Origin: Octopus sinensis
Taxonomy: Eukaryota
Assembly (NCBI RefSeq): GCF_006345805.1
Contig: NC_043005.1
Location: 79,174,001-79,238,000, forward strand
Length of the DNA stretch: 64,000 nucleotides
Direction of reading: 5' to 3'
A model generated the notes under the pieces. It searched no databases. It saw only the letters and a list, made by a program, of their open reading frames with translations, and was not told the origin of the DNA. This document shows, one piece after another, positions 12,749 to 26,560 of this stretch. Made by a program: the position numbers and the translations under genes. Each line of letters opens with the position of its first letter. Positions within the stretch are counted from its first letter, which is position 1.

Positions 12749-13559
12749 CACACACACACACAGACACACACATATACATATATATAGAATCGTTTGTAGC
12801 ATTCATTTGGATCAAGGTATTAAAAGCAAGTTCACCAAGTTAGGGTCGAGATTAGCATATCCATGTATATATCGTATACGGAAATGCAAGCATATACCAA
12901 TGTATATACGGACATGTCTTAACATTTACTTGCATATGAACAAATCAATACACACAGCCATAAAAATAGATATGTACGCTGCTTATCAATAGACAGGTTC
13001 ACAGCTTCTTGATCAACTGTTAGTTCCAGATTCATCATAGGAAATATTCCTGCGGTGGTGTTTACATAAACGAATAACGCAAACGGATTAACGTTCACTA
13101 GATTTTTATCAGATACGTTTTCATTTTTTCTTTATTAATAAACTGATTCACGCGTTGAAATAAAAAAAATAACGTTTCCTTCGGGTTAATAAAAAGCTTA
13201 AAATTCAAAATTCAAAAATTTGGTTCGGAAAATACCAATATGTGGAATGTGCTGACCCTCTCATTTTGACAATAAGTGAGTGAATGAAGGTATACATAAA
13301 TATAACCAGATATCAAACTGGTTGAGTCATAAACCGGTCATCAGACAAAGTAGTTGCGTACTAAAGCATTTGTGTTAAATACATGGTGAGAGATGAATCT
13401 TAAAAGGAAGAGAGAAGAGGTGAGAGAGAGGGAAAGAGAGAAAGAAAGGATGGCAAGGGATAAAGCTTAAGAGGGAAGCAAACGAAAAGAAGAATAGAGG
13501 TGAGACTGGAGATTATCAGTGTAGATTGTATGATGGTTTGTAGTCTTAACGTCAATAAT

Positions 13560-13915
13560 TTTTCTCTCCACTGGATCAACAACCGAACTGGTCGGCTCTG
13601 CATATTATCAAGGATCCCGCCATCTCCGTTAAGAATAAGGACTCAGTACTGTAATAGTTTGGGTTTCGAGGGTCATAGCTATTCAAATGTTTGCCAAAAA
13701 GCATCAGAGAATTGGGAAGTCTTTAAAGACTGTCTGAATTTTTTTTTTTATCTGAATTACCAGATGAAACCATACGTATCACGGCAGGAGGCACGAAGAA
13801 AAGCAGCTCCGTCCAACTCGCATCTTCCCCAGGAAGTACAGAAAAGACACCCAAACATACTGAAAGGCGGTGCTCTAGGATGGTCCTGCCACTAGCCGAA
13901 ACCAGTTAGAACTTT
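13560..13915 (+). mobile_element. 3' end of a CR1/L2-group LINE (ORF2 C-terminus plus 3' UTR)
   Basis: RTQYCNSLGFEG..LFKCLPKSIREL..ELPDE..RQEARRKAAPSNS across frameshifts; clade assignment tentative. Confidence 0.6.
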
Positions 13916-14151
13916 AAACACAAATCATAGAAATTATCAAAAATTTATAAAATGCAATCAAATTTGCCAACGCAGCAAATATATTCTGGGCAACAAATGT
14001 GTTTTGTCCAGCCCCGCAAACTATCTTGGATCTCTCAACACGTATTTTCTTCATACAGACTAAGGAGGGAACACGGCGCTTTCATATTATATTTCCGTCC
14101 TTAATTATCTAAATATGTATGCATGTATGTTTGAGCGGATGTATGTATGTC

Positions 14152-14234
<83 letters not shown>

Positions 14235-14400
14235 CTTTATCTATCTATCTATCTATCAACTTTAGATTACCTGTTCTCTGTCCCTGTCTACTATATATAT
14301 ATATATATATATATATGTAAATATACAGATAGATAAATAAATTGATAAATTGATAAATGGATAGATAACTACATAGACATATTTACATGTATGTGATGTA

Positions 14401-14448
<48 letters not shown>

Positions 14449-14515
14449 TACGAATACATGCATACATATACATATATATCTATGCACAAATTTATGCATG
14501 TACATTTTCATACGC

Positions 14516-14548
<33 letters not shown>

Positions 14549-15093
14549 CATACATAAACACACATATATATAAAATCCGCCATACGTGAAAAAAACATAA
14601 CCTATAATAATCATTGAATTAATACAGCATTATAGTTCAGAAAAAAAACCCATACATATAGATATATATACCTCTTTATATATAAATATGAATTCTAAAA
14701 CGCAGCCTATTTTTTGTTGCTCTTCTAGATGGAAATGTCTTTCACTAGTGTTGTACAAAAGAAAAGGAAAAAAATCGGATAACAATGCCGAGCAGGAAGA
14801 AACTAGAGAAATTTACAAAAATATTTGCAGACTTAAGCATTATATAATATAAATACAAACATACATATATATGTGTGTGTATGTGTGTGTGTCTGTGTGT
14901 GCGTCTGTGTGTATACCTAAACATATATATATATACCCCACGCACACATACATATACTCTTCATTTATATATATTCATATACATATCTATATGTGTCAGT
15001 CATTGATATATATATATATATATAGTTATATATATGTATATATATATATATATAATTATACAAATATAAACATATATATATATATATATTATG

Positions 15094-15131
<38 letters not shown>

Positions 15132-15267
15132 TATATATTCAAATATAAACATATATATATATATTTATATAATATGCATGCATATATATATATAAATAAA
15201 TATATAAAATATAAATATAGTCATATCTATATTCTATCACCTATCTATCTATCTATCTATATCTATA

Positions 15268-15301
<34 letters not shown>

Positions 15302-15339
15302 TATATATCTATACTATATATAATATATAATCTATATAT

Positions 15340-15371
<32 letters not shown>

Positions 15372-16101
15372 AAGCAATATATATCGCTGAACGAGAATAT
15401 ATATATATATTTGCAGAAGCGATATATATATATATATATGAGCACACTCGCACAAACACACATATATAGACATATTCATATTCACGTATATATTTCAGTG
15501 CGTATATCTGCGTCTGTGCCTGCACTTATGAAAGCGTGTATATGACTGTGCCTCTTCCTGTATACCTACATATATACATATACACACACACATATATATA
15601 TTCTTTCATACATATATACCTATACACATACAAACCTATGTGTACAGACACACATGAGCTAAGGCATGCATAAATCGCTACATATAAGCAAACTGCACTC
15701 AAATATCTACAGACCTCAAGTATATGTATATATATTCATGTGTGCATTGTTGCTTCCTGTCTGTGCTTGCATGTGCATATGTGCATCTTTGTTTGAAAGC
15801 TCATATGCGCATGTGACCGGACATCATTGTGTTCCGATACAGGTGGATGTGTTTCTGTGTCTGAGGACGATGTGATTATGTTTGTGTGGGTTTCGAATGA
15901 ATATTAATGAGATCGTAATGCCTCCAATTTCGGGGAGGCATATGCACATTCTCACATACTTACAAAGGTACACATGTACGCAAGCTCTCTCTCTTTCTCC
16001 CTCTTTCTCTGTCTCTGTGGCTCTCTCTCACACACACATACACACTCACGCACACAAGCAATCACAAAAAAGCATGCAAATACAAGCTTAGGGAGCCAGT
16101 T

Positions 16102-16146
<45 letters not shown>

Positions 16147-16187
16147 CATATATATCTATATATATATACACATATATATATATATAT

Positions 16188-16235
<48 letters not shown>

Positions 16236-16955
16236 ATATATATCCATATATATATCCATAATATATATATCTATTATATATATATCCATATATATCCACA
16301 TGTATATATATATATACACATGTGAGCATATGCATGCATATATTTGTAAACACACACATGTTTATATATATGTATGTGTGTATGTGTGTGTCCATGAGTG
16401 AGTGTATTTGTGTATGTATGTTAGTATATGCACAGAACATCTCTATATATCTATATATTTCACACACACACAAACACGCATACACACATATATGTATGTA
16501 TGCATATCTATATATATATATATACACACACACACATATATTATATATATATATATACACACATATATATACGTATAAAAATACACACATATATATATAT
16601 ACATATATATATACATACATACACATATATACCATTTATGTATGTGTATTTGCATCACTCACATACACATACACTATCTCACACACATATATATTTCGTC
16701 AATGATAACATCTGGCGCGAAAACACTAAGTACATATTTACATAACTAAAAATACAAATTTCTTTTAATCTCTTCTATACCTCTCTTTATGACTAACTTT
16801 AATTCGAAGCTCGGTTTTTGTCTGCCATTCCCCCTACTCTTATTCTCTTCTCTTTTACCCCTATTATTCAAAGCCAACATTTATTTTATTTCATATCTGC
16901 AATCTAAACGGCCAGCAAAACATTACGAACAATAAAGGAACCTTTTTTTTCGTAC

Positions 16956-17024
16956 CATTCCTCCCTCGCCGCCTCACTACGCGTCCGCTCTACCTCCAAT
17001 GACTGCATCACCCTTTCGTGTATT
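16956..17024 (-). CDS. Candidate internal coding exon (69 nt, phase 2-2), peptide IHERVMQSLEVERTRSEAAREE(W); host gene unknown
   Basis: Acceptor ttctcttctcctatttattgtcgattcag, donor G|GTACGA, 39/69 GC in AT-rich unique flank, only one open frame, length divisible by 3. Confidence 0.45.
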
Positions 17025-17539
17025 CTGAATCGACAATAAATAGGAGAAGAGAAAAATTCTAGAAAAATAGAAAGAATGATAACAAGACCTAAAGCATCAT
17101 CACTATGATCGGCATCAGCATCATTTTCAACAGCCAGTACTACTATAATAAATAAGAAAGAAAGCATGAATAACATGATAATAATATTAACAATAATATG
17201 ACGTCTACATTCAACCTCGTATCTTTAACGTTTCTACTCTACATGTAGATCATAAAATTGTATATAAAGACAACATTGATTTACTATATTTATGAAAATA
17301 AAAGCTTCAGTCCCATCCACCATTGTTGGAGTTGGTACAATGCATTTATAACAATGTGCTTTCTCAGACATGACAATTTATTCCGAAAGAAAATAAAGAC
17401 CGCATATTAAAAAGAAAGAATTGTGGGGAGAGAGGTTTACAAAGCGAGTTCATAATAGAGGGAAAAAATATATATTATAAACAGAGAAAGAAAACGCATA
17501 AGAGAAAAATATATAAATAAATATGTATTGATACCAATG

Positions 17540-17574
<35 letters not shown>

Positions 17575-18292
17575 TAATAATAATAATAATAATAATGATA
17601 ACAATAATAATGATAATAATAATAAGGTTGAGGAGAAAAAATGCGCAAAACGAAAGAGGCTCGGAAAACATAAAAAAAAGTAAATAAATTAAAATTACAA
17701 AGAAAAATAATGTTAAAGAAAAGAATGGAAGATGGAAAAAAATAGGACAAAACAATTGATTATTTAAAATACATTTAGTTTAGATTAACATATACTTCAC
17801 TGAAGCCCCGTATGTTTTACAATTTACAACTGTAAATGGCAGCATTTTCAACTAATCACCTGCCTGAAATCTTTAGTTTCTGGTTATGTATACATATATA
17901 ATATACACTCACATATATAATACACGCTCACATATGTATTATATACATGCATATATACATAAGTACATATATATAAATACACAAACAAAAATATGTATAT
18001 ATATCTATATACAGGTATATACAGATCCATACATATGCATATACCAATATATATATATATATATATATATGTGTGTTTTGTGTGTGTTCGTGTATATATA
18101 TATAAAGAGAGAGAGAGAGAGAGGAAAAGAGAGAGAGAGAGAAATACATACATACATATGTTTGTGTATATTTATGTATATATGTATGCTTACACAGACA
18201 TGTATATATGTCACTTAATATAAGTCCACCCACACACACGAACAATATATGTATGCCTGTATGTAGATATGTATACATATATACATACACAT

Positions 18293-18328
<36 letters not shown>

Positions 18329-19148
18329 TCATATTTGCACAGAGGTAGTTATATAGACAGATACAGATATATGTAATCATACAAATCTATGTGTATGAGT
18401 ATTAGCATAATTCTTATTCAGCTTGTGAATTTTTGTGAATGTTTGTGTTTGTATATCAAACTAATAGTAATTTCCCTCTGTGCGTGTGCGCGCTTGCGTG
18501 CGAACTATTGTACCTTGTTTTATACTTGTGCACCTGTAAAAATAGTCTGCATATACAAATTTGCACCTGGAATATTCGAATAGAATTCAATATTTCAACA
18601 CACTTCCTTTTAAAAGTCAACGAATTTGTGCGATAAAATCCACTACAGAGCAAGCTAATATAGATATTCCCCAGTACTTGTATTCGTCGTGTTGTTCTCT
18701 TACTCGGAATTTGACAATGTGTCTGAAGAGTTTTACTACAAAATCCATGATAAGGTCACTGACTCCTAGCAGTGTATATATTTGAGGGAAAGAGCCAAAC
18801 ATTAGCAGGCATGTGTGTAGAGACTCAGCATTAATTTTATTGAACTGTAAAGCTATAAATATAATTTATGACCCGTATTAGGAAACAGTATAAGAAATAT
18901 TTACATGCAGTTGCAGTCTTTGGAACTGCATTTAAATTATTTTATATCCCAATTCCGATCAAGTTCTACTGTAGCGTTTATTAACCAAACCAGTATTCTA
19001 AATAACTAGAGAAAGAATTACAATTTTTTTTCTGAAGGTCTGGTTTTTATAATAACTTAACGATTACGTATAACATACATATGTTTGTGAAACACCTGTA
19101 AAAAGACGGTACATTACGAGGTTATAATAAGAATAAAGTTTATATAAA

Positions 19149-19204
<56 letters not shown>

Positions 19205-20775
19205 AGTGTATGTGTGTGTGTGTGTTTGTGTGTGTGCATGTGTGTATAATGAATAAATAAATAGGATGATTATTCCCCTATACACCACAAGAAATTAGCG
19301 CTCTAATAGAGCATCAAAAATATAATGCCAAGAGAGAACAAATTTCAGAAGTCAGTTTTGATATTCACTGAATGAATACTCCACAGCAGACATATGTGCA
19401 GTCATATATACAGGATATAATATAAAATTGTATAAATATTTATATATACAAAAATAAATATTTTATATGATTTTTAACCTAATATTCCATTGTGCATTTG
19501 GATTCCTCTTAAAACACTAATATCTATGGTTTCAGTATCTATTTAAACATGTAAATTTAGCTCATATTATATCAATTATCATTCGTCTGAACACTATGTT
19601 CCGATACAGCAATCCAATTTTTAAAATTCCAACAGTTCTCTTGTTGCTTAAAACATGAAATTTTAAATAACTCTTTTATAAATCCTCTTAGATTAACTCT
19701 GATGAGAGAAATGTAGATGATTGCTCTGGTTGAAATTACCTCGTCCATACTAACCTATATTAACTTGAAACGACCGTCAGGCTTTACACATGATGATCAG
19801 TCTTCTTAAAAAACATTTTATACCAAGAGTTCATCTACATTCACCATGTGGATATTTTAATATCCTCATTTTAATATCCAATCTCGTAAGTACATGTATG
19901 CCTTTATATATTTATATATTTTTATATTATATCATGTATATATGAGTGCACATATACATGGTGGGAAGTATTCGGAAGCTTCGAAATATATTGAGTGAAT
20001 ATGAACACTGACATTTGAAATTTGTTCTCTCTTAAGGGCAAAAATACATCAGTTATTAATTAAGAGTACTGCTTGTTAGCACTCTTATTTATTAATATAT
20101 ATATATATATATATGTATAGGCATGTATGCAACGTATACGTATAGGCATGTATACAAACACTCGCATATAATAAACGTTGTCCCAATAATGAATACAGTC
20201 ATTGCTTGTAAGAATCTGCAAAGCACAAAAAATACTACATTTTAACCCAATTATCACCAAAATATCTTTTACCAATGAAATGCAATGCAAAATCAAGCCA
20301 TTTCATGTTAGGTACGAACAACTGACTAATCTGAGAAAGATGGCTTTTATTGTAAGATTGTCAGCCATATTTCCATTCAGGCGGCAATAATTATTGTTTG
20401 CATGTTCTCCCTTCATGTATCCTTGAATGACTAACAAGCTAAACTTTAATCAAAGAAATTTAGTTAGAGGGGGAGTTGGGGGAGGTTTAAAATTCGAAAA
20501 GACTTTTGGTATTAAAGAAAGATTCCTTTGCTTGCTTCTCACTATAATTGTGCGTACTTAATGTATATATATATATTGTGTGTGTGTGGTGTGTACAATA
20601 TATATATATCTATATATATATATATATATAATATATATATATATATATTATATATTTATATATATTATTTACGTTGATAAATGCACGTACATATGTAGAT
20701 ATATATTCGTAACTATATATATATTTGCATATGTGTTAAAACATACACGTGTATGTATGTATGTATGTATGTATG

Positions 20776-20820
<45 letters not shown>

Positions 20821-21260
20821 ATACATATGTATATGTCAAATAGTTGTCCTCCCCTCTGTAATCGTTTTATGTTCAACACATGGTTCCGGATAAAGCAAGT
20901 ATCTTGTCAAATACACATCCGATATGCATGCACGCATACATACCAACATGGATGGAAAATACGAGGGTGAGTTCGTGTATATATGTGTGTATGTGTGTAA
21001 CCTATGTGGTAGATATGTACAGGAGTATGAAAAACATACGATGAACTGTCTTAATCGATTTTCGAATCTGATTGAGTTCTCGGCAGAGGTTTCTACATTA
21101 TTTGACCTCTCTCGGAGAAGTAAGCAGCCAGTTTGTTTATAAACAAAACGAATTTTAACAGCTATGTGGAATTGGAACTACTCATTTGCACACCATAATT
21201 GTAAGCACCTTCATGTCAGGGGCCTGTCGCACTCACACACACACACTTACACACACACAC

Positions 21261-21293
<33 letters not shown>

Positions 21294-21758
21294 CACATAC
21301 ACGATTTCGACCTTCGTGCTATATGCCAGTGGTTCCCAAAGTTGGCAATATAGCTTCCTTGGGGCAGTGGAAATATCCAGATGGGTCGATGTTGAAGATG
21401 TGTGGAATGATAATGGTGTAGTCAAAATGGTGTGATAGATGTAAAAAAAAATATTAATATGTTAATTTGATCTAAGTTTCATTTGTGAAATACAGTTGTC
21501 TTGAATTGGCTGCAGAAAGTGGTCTATATTTGCGGTGGGGAAGGTGAGGGGCACTAGGAATGTGACTTGCGGGTCAAGGGGACGGCAGCCTGAAAAAGCT
21601 TGTGAACTGCTGCTGTATGCAGACACTCATCACTGAGATAACACCATGCTTAGAAATGGAACAGATGAAATTACTCAGTCTCTCTCCCGGCTAAAAACGC
21701 ATCCAGATCTCACTGAAATCTATATAAAAAGATATATATATATATATATATATATATC

Positions 21759-21795
<37 letters not shown>

Positions 21796-21857
21796 AGAGA
21801 GTTCACGAAAAAAAAATAAATACATGTATCAGTATAATACTCAGGAATTGAGAAAGT

Positions 21858-21892
21858 CTTTTAAGTTTCGAGCCTACGCTCTTCTACAGAAA
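21858..21892 (-). ncRNA. H1 HHR-like motif with mutated cleavage triplet (GTA to TTA)
   Basis: Reverse complement CTGTAGAAGAGCGTAGGCTCGAAACTTAAAAGA. Confidence 0.5.
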
Positions 21893-22071
21893 TGGACAAA
21901 GAAAAAACAAGAAGAGAAGAAATTTGTGTAGTGGGTACCGATCTATCATGGCGACTGCGACTTTCTATCTACCTTTACGGATTTTCCTTTGGACATTTAC
22001 CCTCCTGCTTGCACCTCTCCTACCTTACCGATCACTGTGAACTTTCCCTCTCTCTCTCTCTCTCTCTCTCA

Positions 22072-22128
<57 letters not shown>

Positions 22129-22161
22129 CACACATTTTTTTCTCTCCTTTTTTCTGTGTCC

Positions 22162-22199
22162 TCTTTCTGTAGAAGAGCGTAGGCTCGAAACGTAAAAGA
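22162..22199 (+). ncRNA. Minimal HHR-like motif, variant core CUGUAGA
   Basis: TCTTT-CTGTAGA-A-GAGC/GTAG/GCTC-GAAA-C-GTA-AAAGA; stem I 5 bp, stem II 4 bp, palindrome ACGT. Confidence 0.65.
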
Positions 22200-22313
22200 C
22201 TTTTTCTATCCTGAGCGTTATACTAATATACTAATACATCTGTTTGCTTTGTACACCACCTGTCTCGTCTTTTGTTTTTTTCGTTAACTCTCCCTATATA
22301 TATATGTATATAT

Positions 22314-22354
<41 letters not shown>

Positions 22355-23039
22355 CCTATGCTCTCCAGAGGTAGATTTCTTCTGAATAACGACTTAATAT
22401 GGAAATAGCAGCTAATATAATTACCCTGTATGCTATTTAACGTGAGCCGCTGAAAAGCGCAACAAGTCATTAAACGTTGACGAGACTATCATTAGAAAGT
22501 TCTGTCTCTCGCGACTGTTCTCAGCACTTCCGCTTCCGGTTTTTGTAGCTGAAGAGTTGAAAGACATTCTGAATCTCGTGCATCCTGAAGTCTGGTTAGT
22601 TGGCGCTCTCAAATGTCTCAGGGAATTTGCACCTATATATCTACAGCGAGAAATTTCCTCCATGATAAAATACAGTGAACGTCTCTCTGACACATTTGAA
22701 TACGACTCAAACTGGTAACAAATTTGTATATCTACACAGCATTGCTTAGCGCTGTCACTCTGTATTTTATTTAGTTTAACATAAGAAAGTCTACTCCCGT
22801 CTTTACAAACAAAGGGAGCATCCGTAAACTATTTTCCTTGACTCAATTCCGAAATTAATAAGTCTCTTATAATTAGTAAAATAAGAAGATAGCTTTGTTA
22901 TCTTTTCATGAGATATAGCAGGTGTGTTGATTTTACACAACGTTTCCGAGAAGGATAGATCGTCGGTTATTTCTGAAAGATAGGGCGTTTATCCAAATGT
23001 CGGTGTTTGGTGTAAGCTGTTTTGTTAGCTTTATACATG

Positions 23040-23345
23040 TAGCTTCTTGGCTTCATGCTCTTGCTTGATGGGGTTATTCCAAGTTAGTAGTCGCAGAGGC
23101 GTCACCAACGTAGAGCCAACCAGGTACAGCAGTGCTCCCCAACGCTGGTGGTCCCGTGTCTGCCAGCTCCTCTGCATGCTTGAAGGTGACGTCGAGCCTC
23201 TGGAAATCTTCTTCAATCACGTCCAGCCATCTGGTGCGGGGCCTACCAAGAGACCTCTTCCAGCCCGCAGTAGCTGCATCGAATCAAAGTAAAGCCTTAG
23301 TAGACTGGACTATCGGGAGACGAAGGACATGTTCATAACAGCACA
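23040..23345 (-). mobile_element. RTE-clade LINE 3' fragment
   Basis: DAATAGWKRSLGRPRTRWLDVIEEDFQRL, a typical RTE ORF2 C-terminal motif (GRP..RW.D.I..D). Confidence 0.75.
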
Positions 23346-23674
23346 TGCGACAGATGGCCATGAAATGGAAGACTGCGCAGGCAATGGATATTCTGTTGAA
23401 CTCAACGTTATTCTTTTTCATTCGAATTGTTCATTGCTCTACCTGGACACATTCCAGTCGATTACTCTTTTTCTCCACAATTCTATCTTTCATACTATAT
23501 TTCAACTCTTGTCTTCTTTCTTCGTTTCTCCTACAGCTCGCTTTGCTATATAGGTTCCTAACTGAATGTCTTTTTACACAGACTGACTCTGTTGAAAGAC
23601 ATTGATAACACAAACAGTAAATATTGTCGCCGCTCTTCATGGCTTATTTAACATTCGTCAATGTCTTCCGACTT

Positions 23675-23779
<105 letters not shown>

Positions 23780-24359
23780 AATCTCTATTGATATAGTCGG
23801 CCTGCTTACTGAATGCCTTCGTAACCGATCAACTGGATCGGAAGCCTGTATTTAAATATGGGTCTCTCACAAACCAACTGAAGTGTTACAAGTCAATGCT
23901 TCTTAAATATGTCGATTTCCTTGTATGACGGAAAAACGTATTCTCTCAATAAGTGTATTCATCAGATCCATATGCCGCCATTTTGTACCCGTACATTCAC
24001 ACAGAGATGTACAGCAACTATACACATACATACACACATACACAGGGGCACAAAACGCTCATGTGCACAAACATATGTACGCATATCAATGAGATCACCA
24101 GAATGGTCAGCCCACTTTTTCTTTTATTCCTGTATTCTTTTACTTGTTTCAATCATATAACTGCGGTCATGCTGGAGCAGAGCATTTAATCAAAGAAATC
24201 GATCCGGTGTCTTATTCTTTGCAAGCCTAGTATTTATTTTCTCGGTATGTTTAGCCGAACCACTAGGTTACGGGAACGTAAACACACTAACAAAAGACGA
24301 AGACAGGTGATGTTGACAACAAACGGATGTATTAGTATAACGCTCGGGAAGTGAAAAAG

Positions 24360-24396
24360 TCTTTAACATTTCAAGCCAACGCTCTTCCACAGAAAG
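24360..24396 (-). ncRNA. Decayed H1 HHR-like motif
   Basis: CTGTGGA-A-GAGC/GTTG/GCTT-GAAATGTTA-AAGA. Confidence 0.45.
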
Positions 24397-24479
24397 GAAC
24401 ACAGAAAGAAACAAGGAGAGAAAATAAAGAATGCGCAGGGGCTAGCGATCTATCATGGTGATCTATATATATATATACC

Positions 24480-24740
24480 ACCATGATCCCCGTGACCGAC
24501 CAGACTATCAGATGTTGCTACACATCGCTGGTCACAAGGCGCTTTGCATTGTTTTAGCCTTCAAATGATGCCACCCCGCTGGCTAAGCAGGCCAACAGAA
24601 GATAGAGTGAGAGAAAGTTGTGGCGAAAGGGTACAGCATGGATCACCACCACCCCATTCCGGAGCCTCGTGGAGCTTTAAGTGTTTTCGCCCAATAAACA
24701 CTCACAACGACCGGTCTGGGAATCGAAAACCGTGTGTGTG
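24480..24740 (-). mobile_element. SINE related to 45283-45647
   Basis: Shares gagtgagagaaagttgtgg...ggagcctcgtggagcttta...cactcacaac. Confidence 0.7.
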
Positions 24741-25091
24741 TATGTATATGGTCATGCGTTTGGTCTTCATTTGTGTATGTATGTATGTGTGTACTTATCT
24801 GTCGATATTAACTATGTACCTATCTATTTGTTTATCTACCTATTTACTTACATATCCATTTACCTACACACACAGATGTATATATATATATTAGGTGGAT
24901 ATTAATAATAATTGTTAAATTACTAAATCATATAAATTAATTTATGTATTGGATTAAGTCTTTCTTTGTTTGATTTGCATAATAGTGGTTTTGTCTCTAA
25001 TTTATATAATATAATATTTTACTATAAATTGGATTCAATCCTAAATCTGATTTTTCCCTGTAAGTTTGGATTTATTCTCAAATACTTATTA

Positions 25092-25132
<41 letters not shown>

Positions 25133-25174
25133 GTATATATACATATATGTATATATATATGCATATATGTATAT

Positions 25175-25247
<73 letters not shown>

Positions 25248-25569
25248 CATATATATACATCTACACAACAATCTACTAACAACCCTATCTGTGTGTGAAC
25301 AACATATTTAGAAGCTATGAGTTTCACGTAATAGGAGCTTCAATCTGTTGTTCACAGTCTCTAACCAAAGTTGAGTATCAAGGACAGGGAGCCTCTTCTT
25401 AGGGTGTATTGTGTATTGTGTATATTTACCTTGATGCTTTGGTGGATAGTGTCAGCTACGTGCTGGATGCTCTCCATTATGCTCCCTTCAGTTTCCATAT
25501 TATAGGTACTAGAGTTTGTCCTAACTACAATATTAATGTCAGTACATACCTACATTAAAGGAAAACAGT

Positions 25570-26560
25570 TGTGTATTGTTCTGTTAAGGATTGTTTAAGT
25601 TTTCTGTCTCACCAAGTCATGAAGAGGCCGGCCCATCTCCAGCCACACCGACACCATTGGCTGCACCTTGAACCTGCATATATAGTTTTCTGTTCAACTT
25701 TACTATGTAGTTCTTCAAAGTGGTTCTTATGCTAGCCCCTATTACATGTGCAATTATTCTTTTCACTTGACTGCTGTTCTGAGGGTCCTGGGTAAGTATG
25801 GTCCAGCCCACTCCAACGCTTTGCGATGCTTTTCTTTACTGTTGAGGTGATGGTGGTTGCTCTCCCCCTCTGTGACCTACAGGGGCAGAATCTACTAAGG
25901 TCATGATTGTCTAGGTAGTTACAGTTATAGTTTAGTTTAAGGAGGAGACCCAGTTCCCTCGTGTTGACTTCACGGAACTCTACTTCACTCTCACAGATAA
26001 TCTCAATGCATTTTTCAACATCAAAATCTATGTCTATAGACAGGTAGAGTGAAACTGCATCCATACTACCCAGTACACAACCTGTGAGGTCGTTGGAGTG
26101 GTTGCAACCACTAAGGAGATCCTCTGCACTCACACAAACATCTGGGGACATTTCAATGAGTGGTCGTAACACCGAGAGGAAATAAGATCTAAAATGCTGG
26201 AGATATTCGCTCCACAAAGGGGTCAAGTTGGGGGCTCCATAACAGGGATTACGTTGCGTTTGTGGTCTTAACGTAACTCGTTATTGAATGCTTGGAAATT
26301 TTGTGATGGCCATTTCTTAGGTTGGAGTATGTTGCACCACATTCCCATGTGTGCATTGAGGAGCTTTTCCACTCATTTATGTTCCTATGGTGTAACTTCT
26401 CTCATGCTACTTATGTGTTTTTGCATGGTCTGGACATAGTTCTGTGGGCTGTCTATCGACAGTCTGCTAGACTTGTCCATAAGGATGTCGCCTTTCTTAA
26501 CTCTAACATCCATGCAGAGCATATACGGAAACCAGGTGTCTTCTTCTCTGCGCTATAAGC
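25570..26560 (-). mobile_element. Penelope-like retroelement reverse-transcriptase fragment (pseudogenised)
   Basis: LGSMDAVSLYLSID and LYMQVQGAANGVGVAGD motifs resemble PLE RT core segments; frameshifted. Confidence 0.65.

Larger units (their letters stand above)
21790..22295. mobile_element. Two divergently oriented copies of an HHR-bearing non-autonomous repeat (family H1) around a microsatellite
   Basis: 21790-21960 and 22125-22295 are reverse complements; further copies at 24290-24475 and 28455-28665. Confidence 0.75.

Noticed and set aside
12978-13049. Possible 72-nt minus exon (GIFPMMNLELTVDQEAVNLSIDKQ)
   Set aside because: Weak donor (GTACAT) and no recognisable homology.
18640-18770. 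Frame EFDNVSEEFYYKIHDKV resembling a LINE endonuclease segment
   Set aside because: Single weak motif with no flanking support.
19695-19790. CTGATGA ... GAAACGACCGTC HHR-like spacing
   Set aside because: Stems I and II do not pair and the loop is not palindromic.
23960-23985. YY1/Kozak-like CAAAATGGCGGC on minus
   Set aside because: The ORF closes after 11 codons and there is no other promoter evidence.
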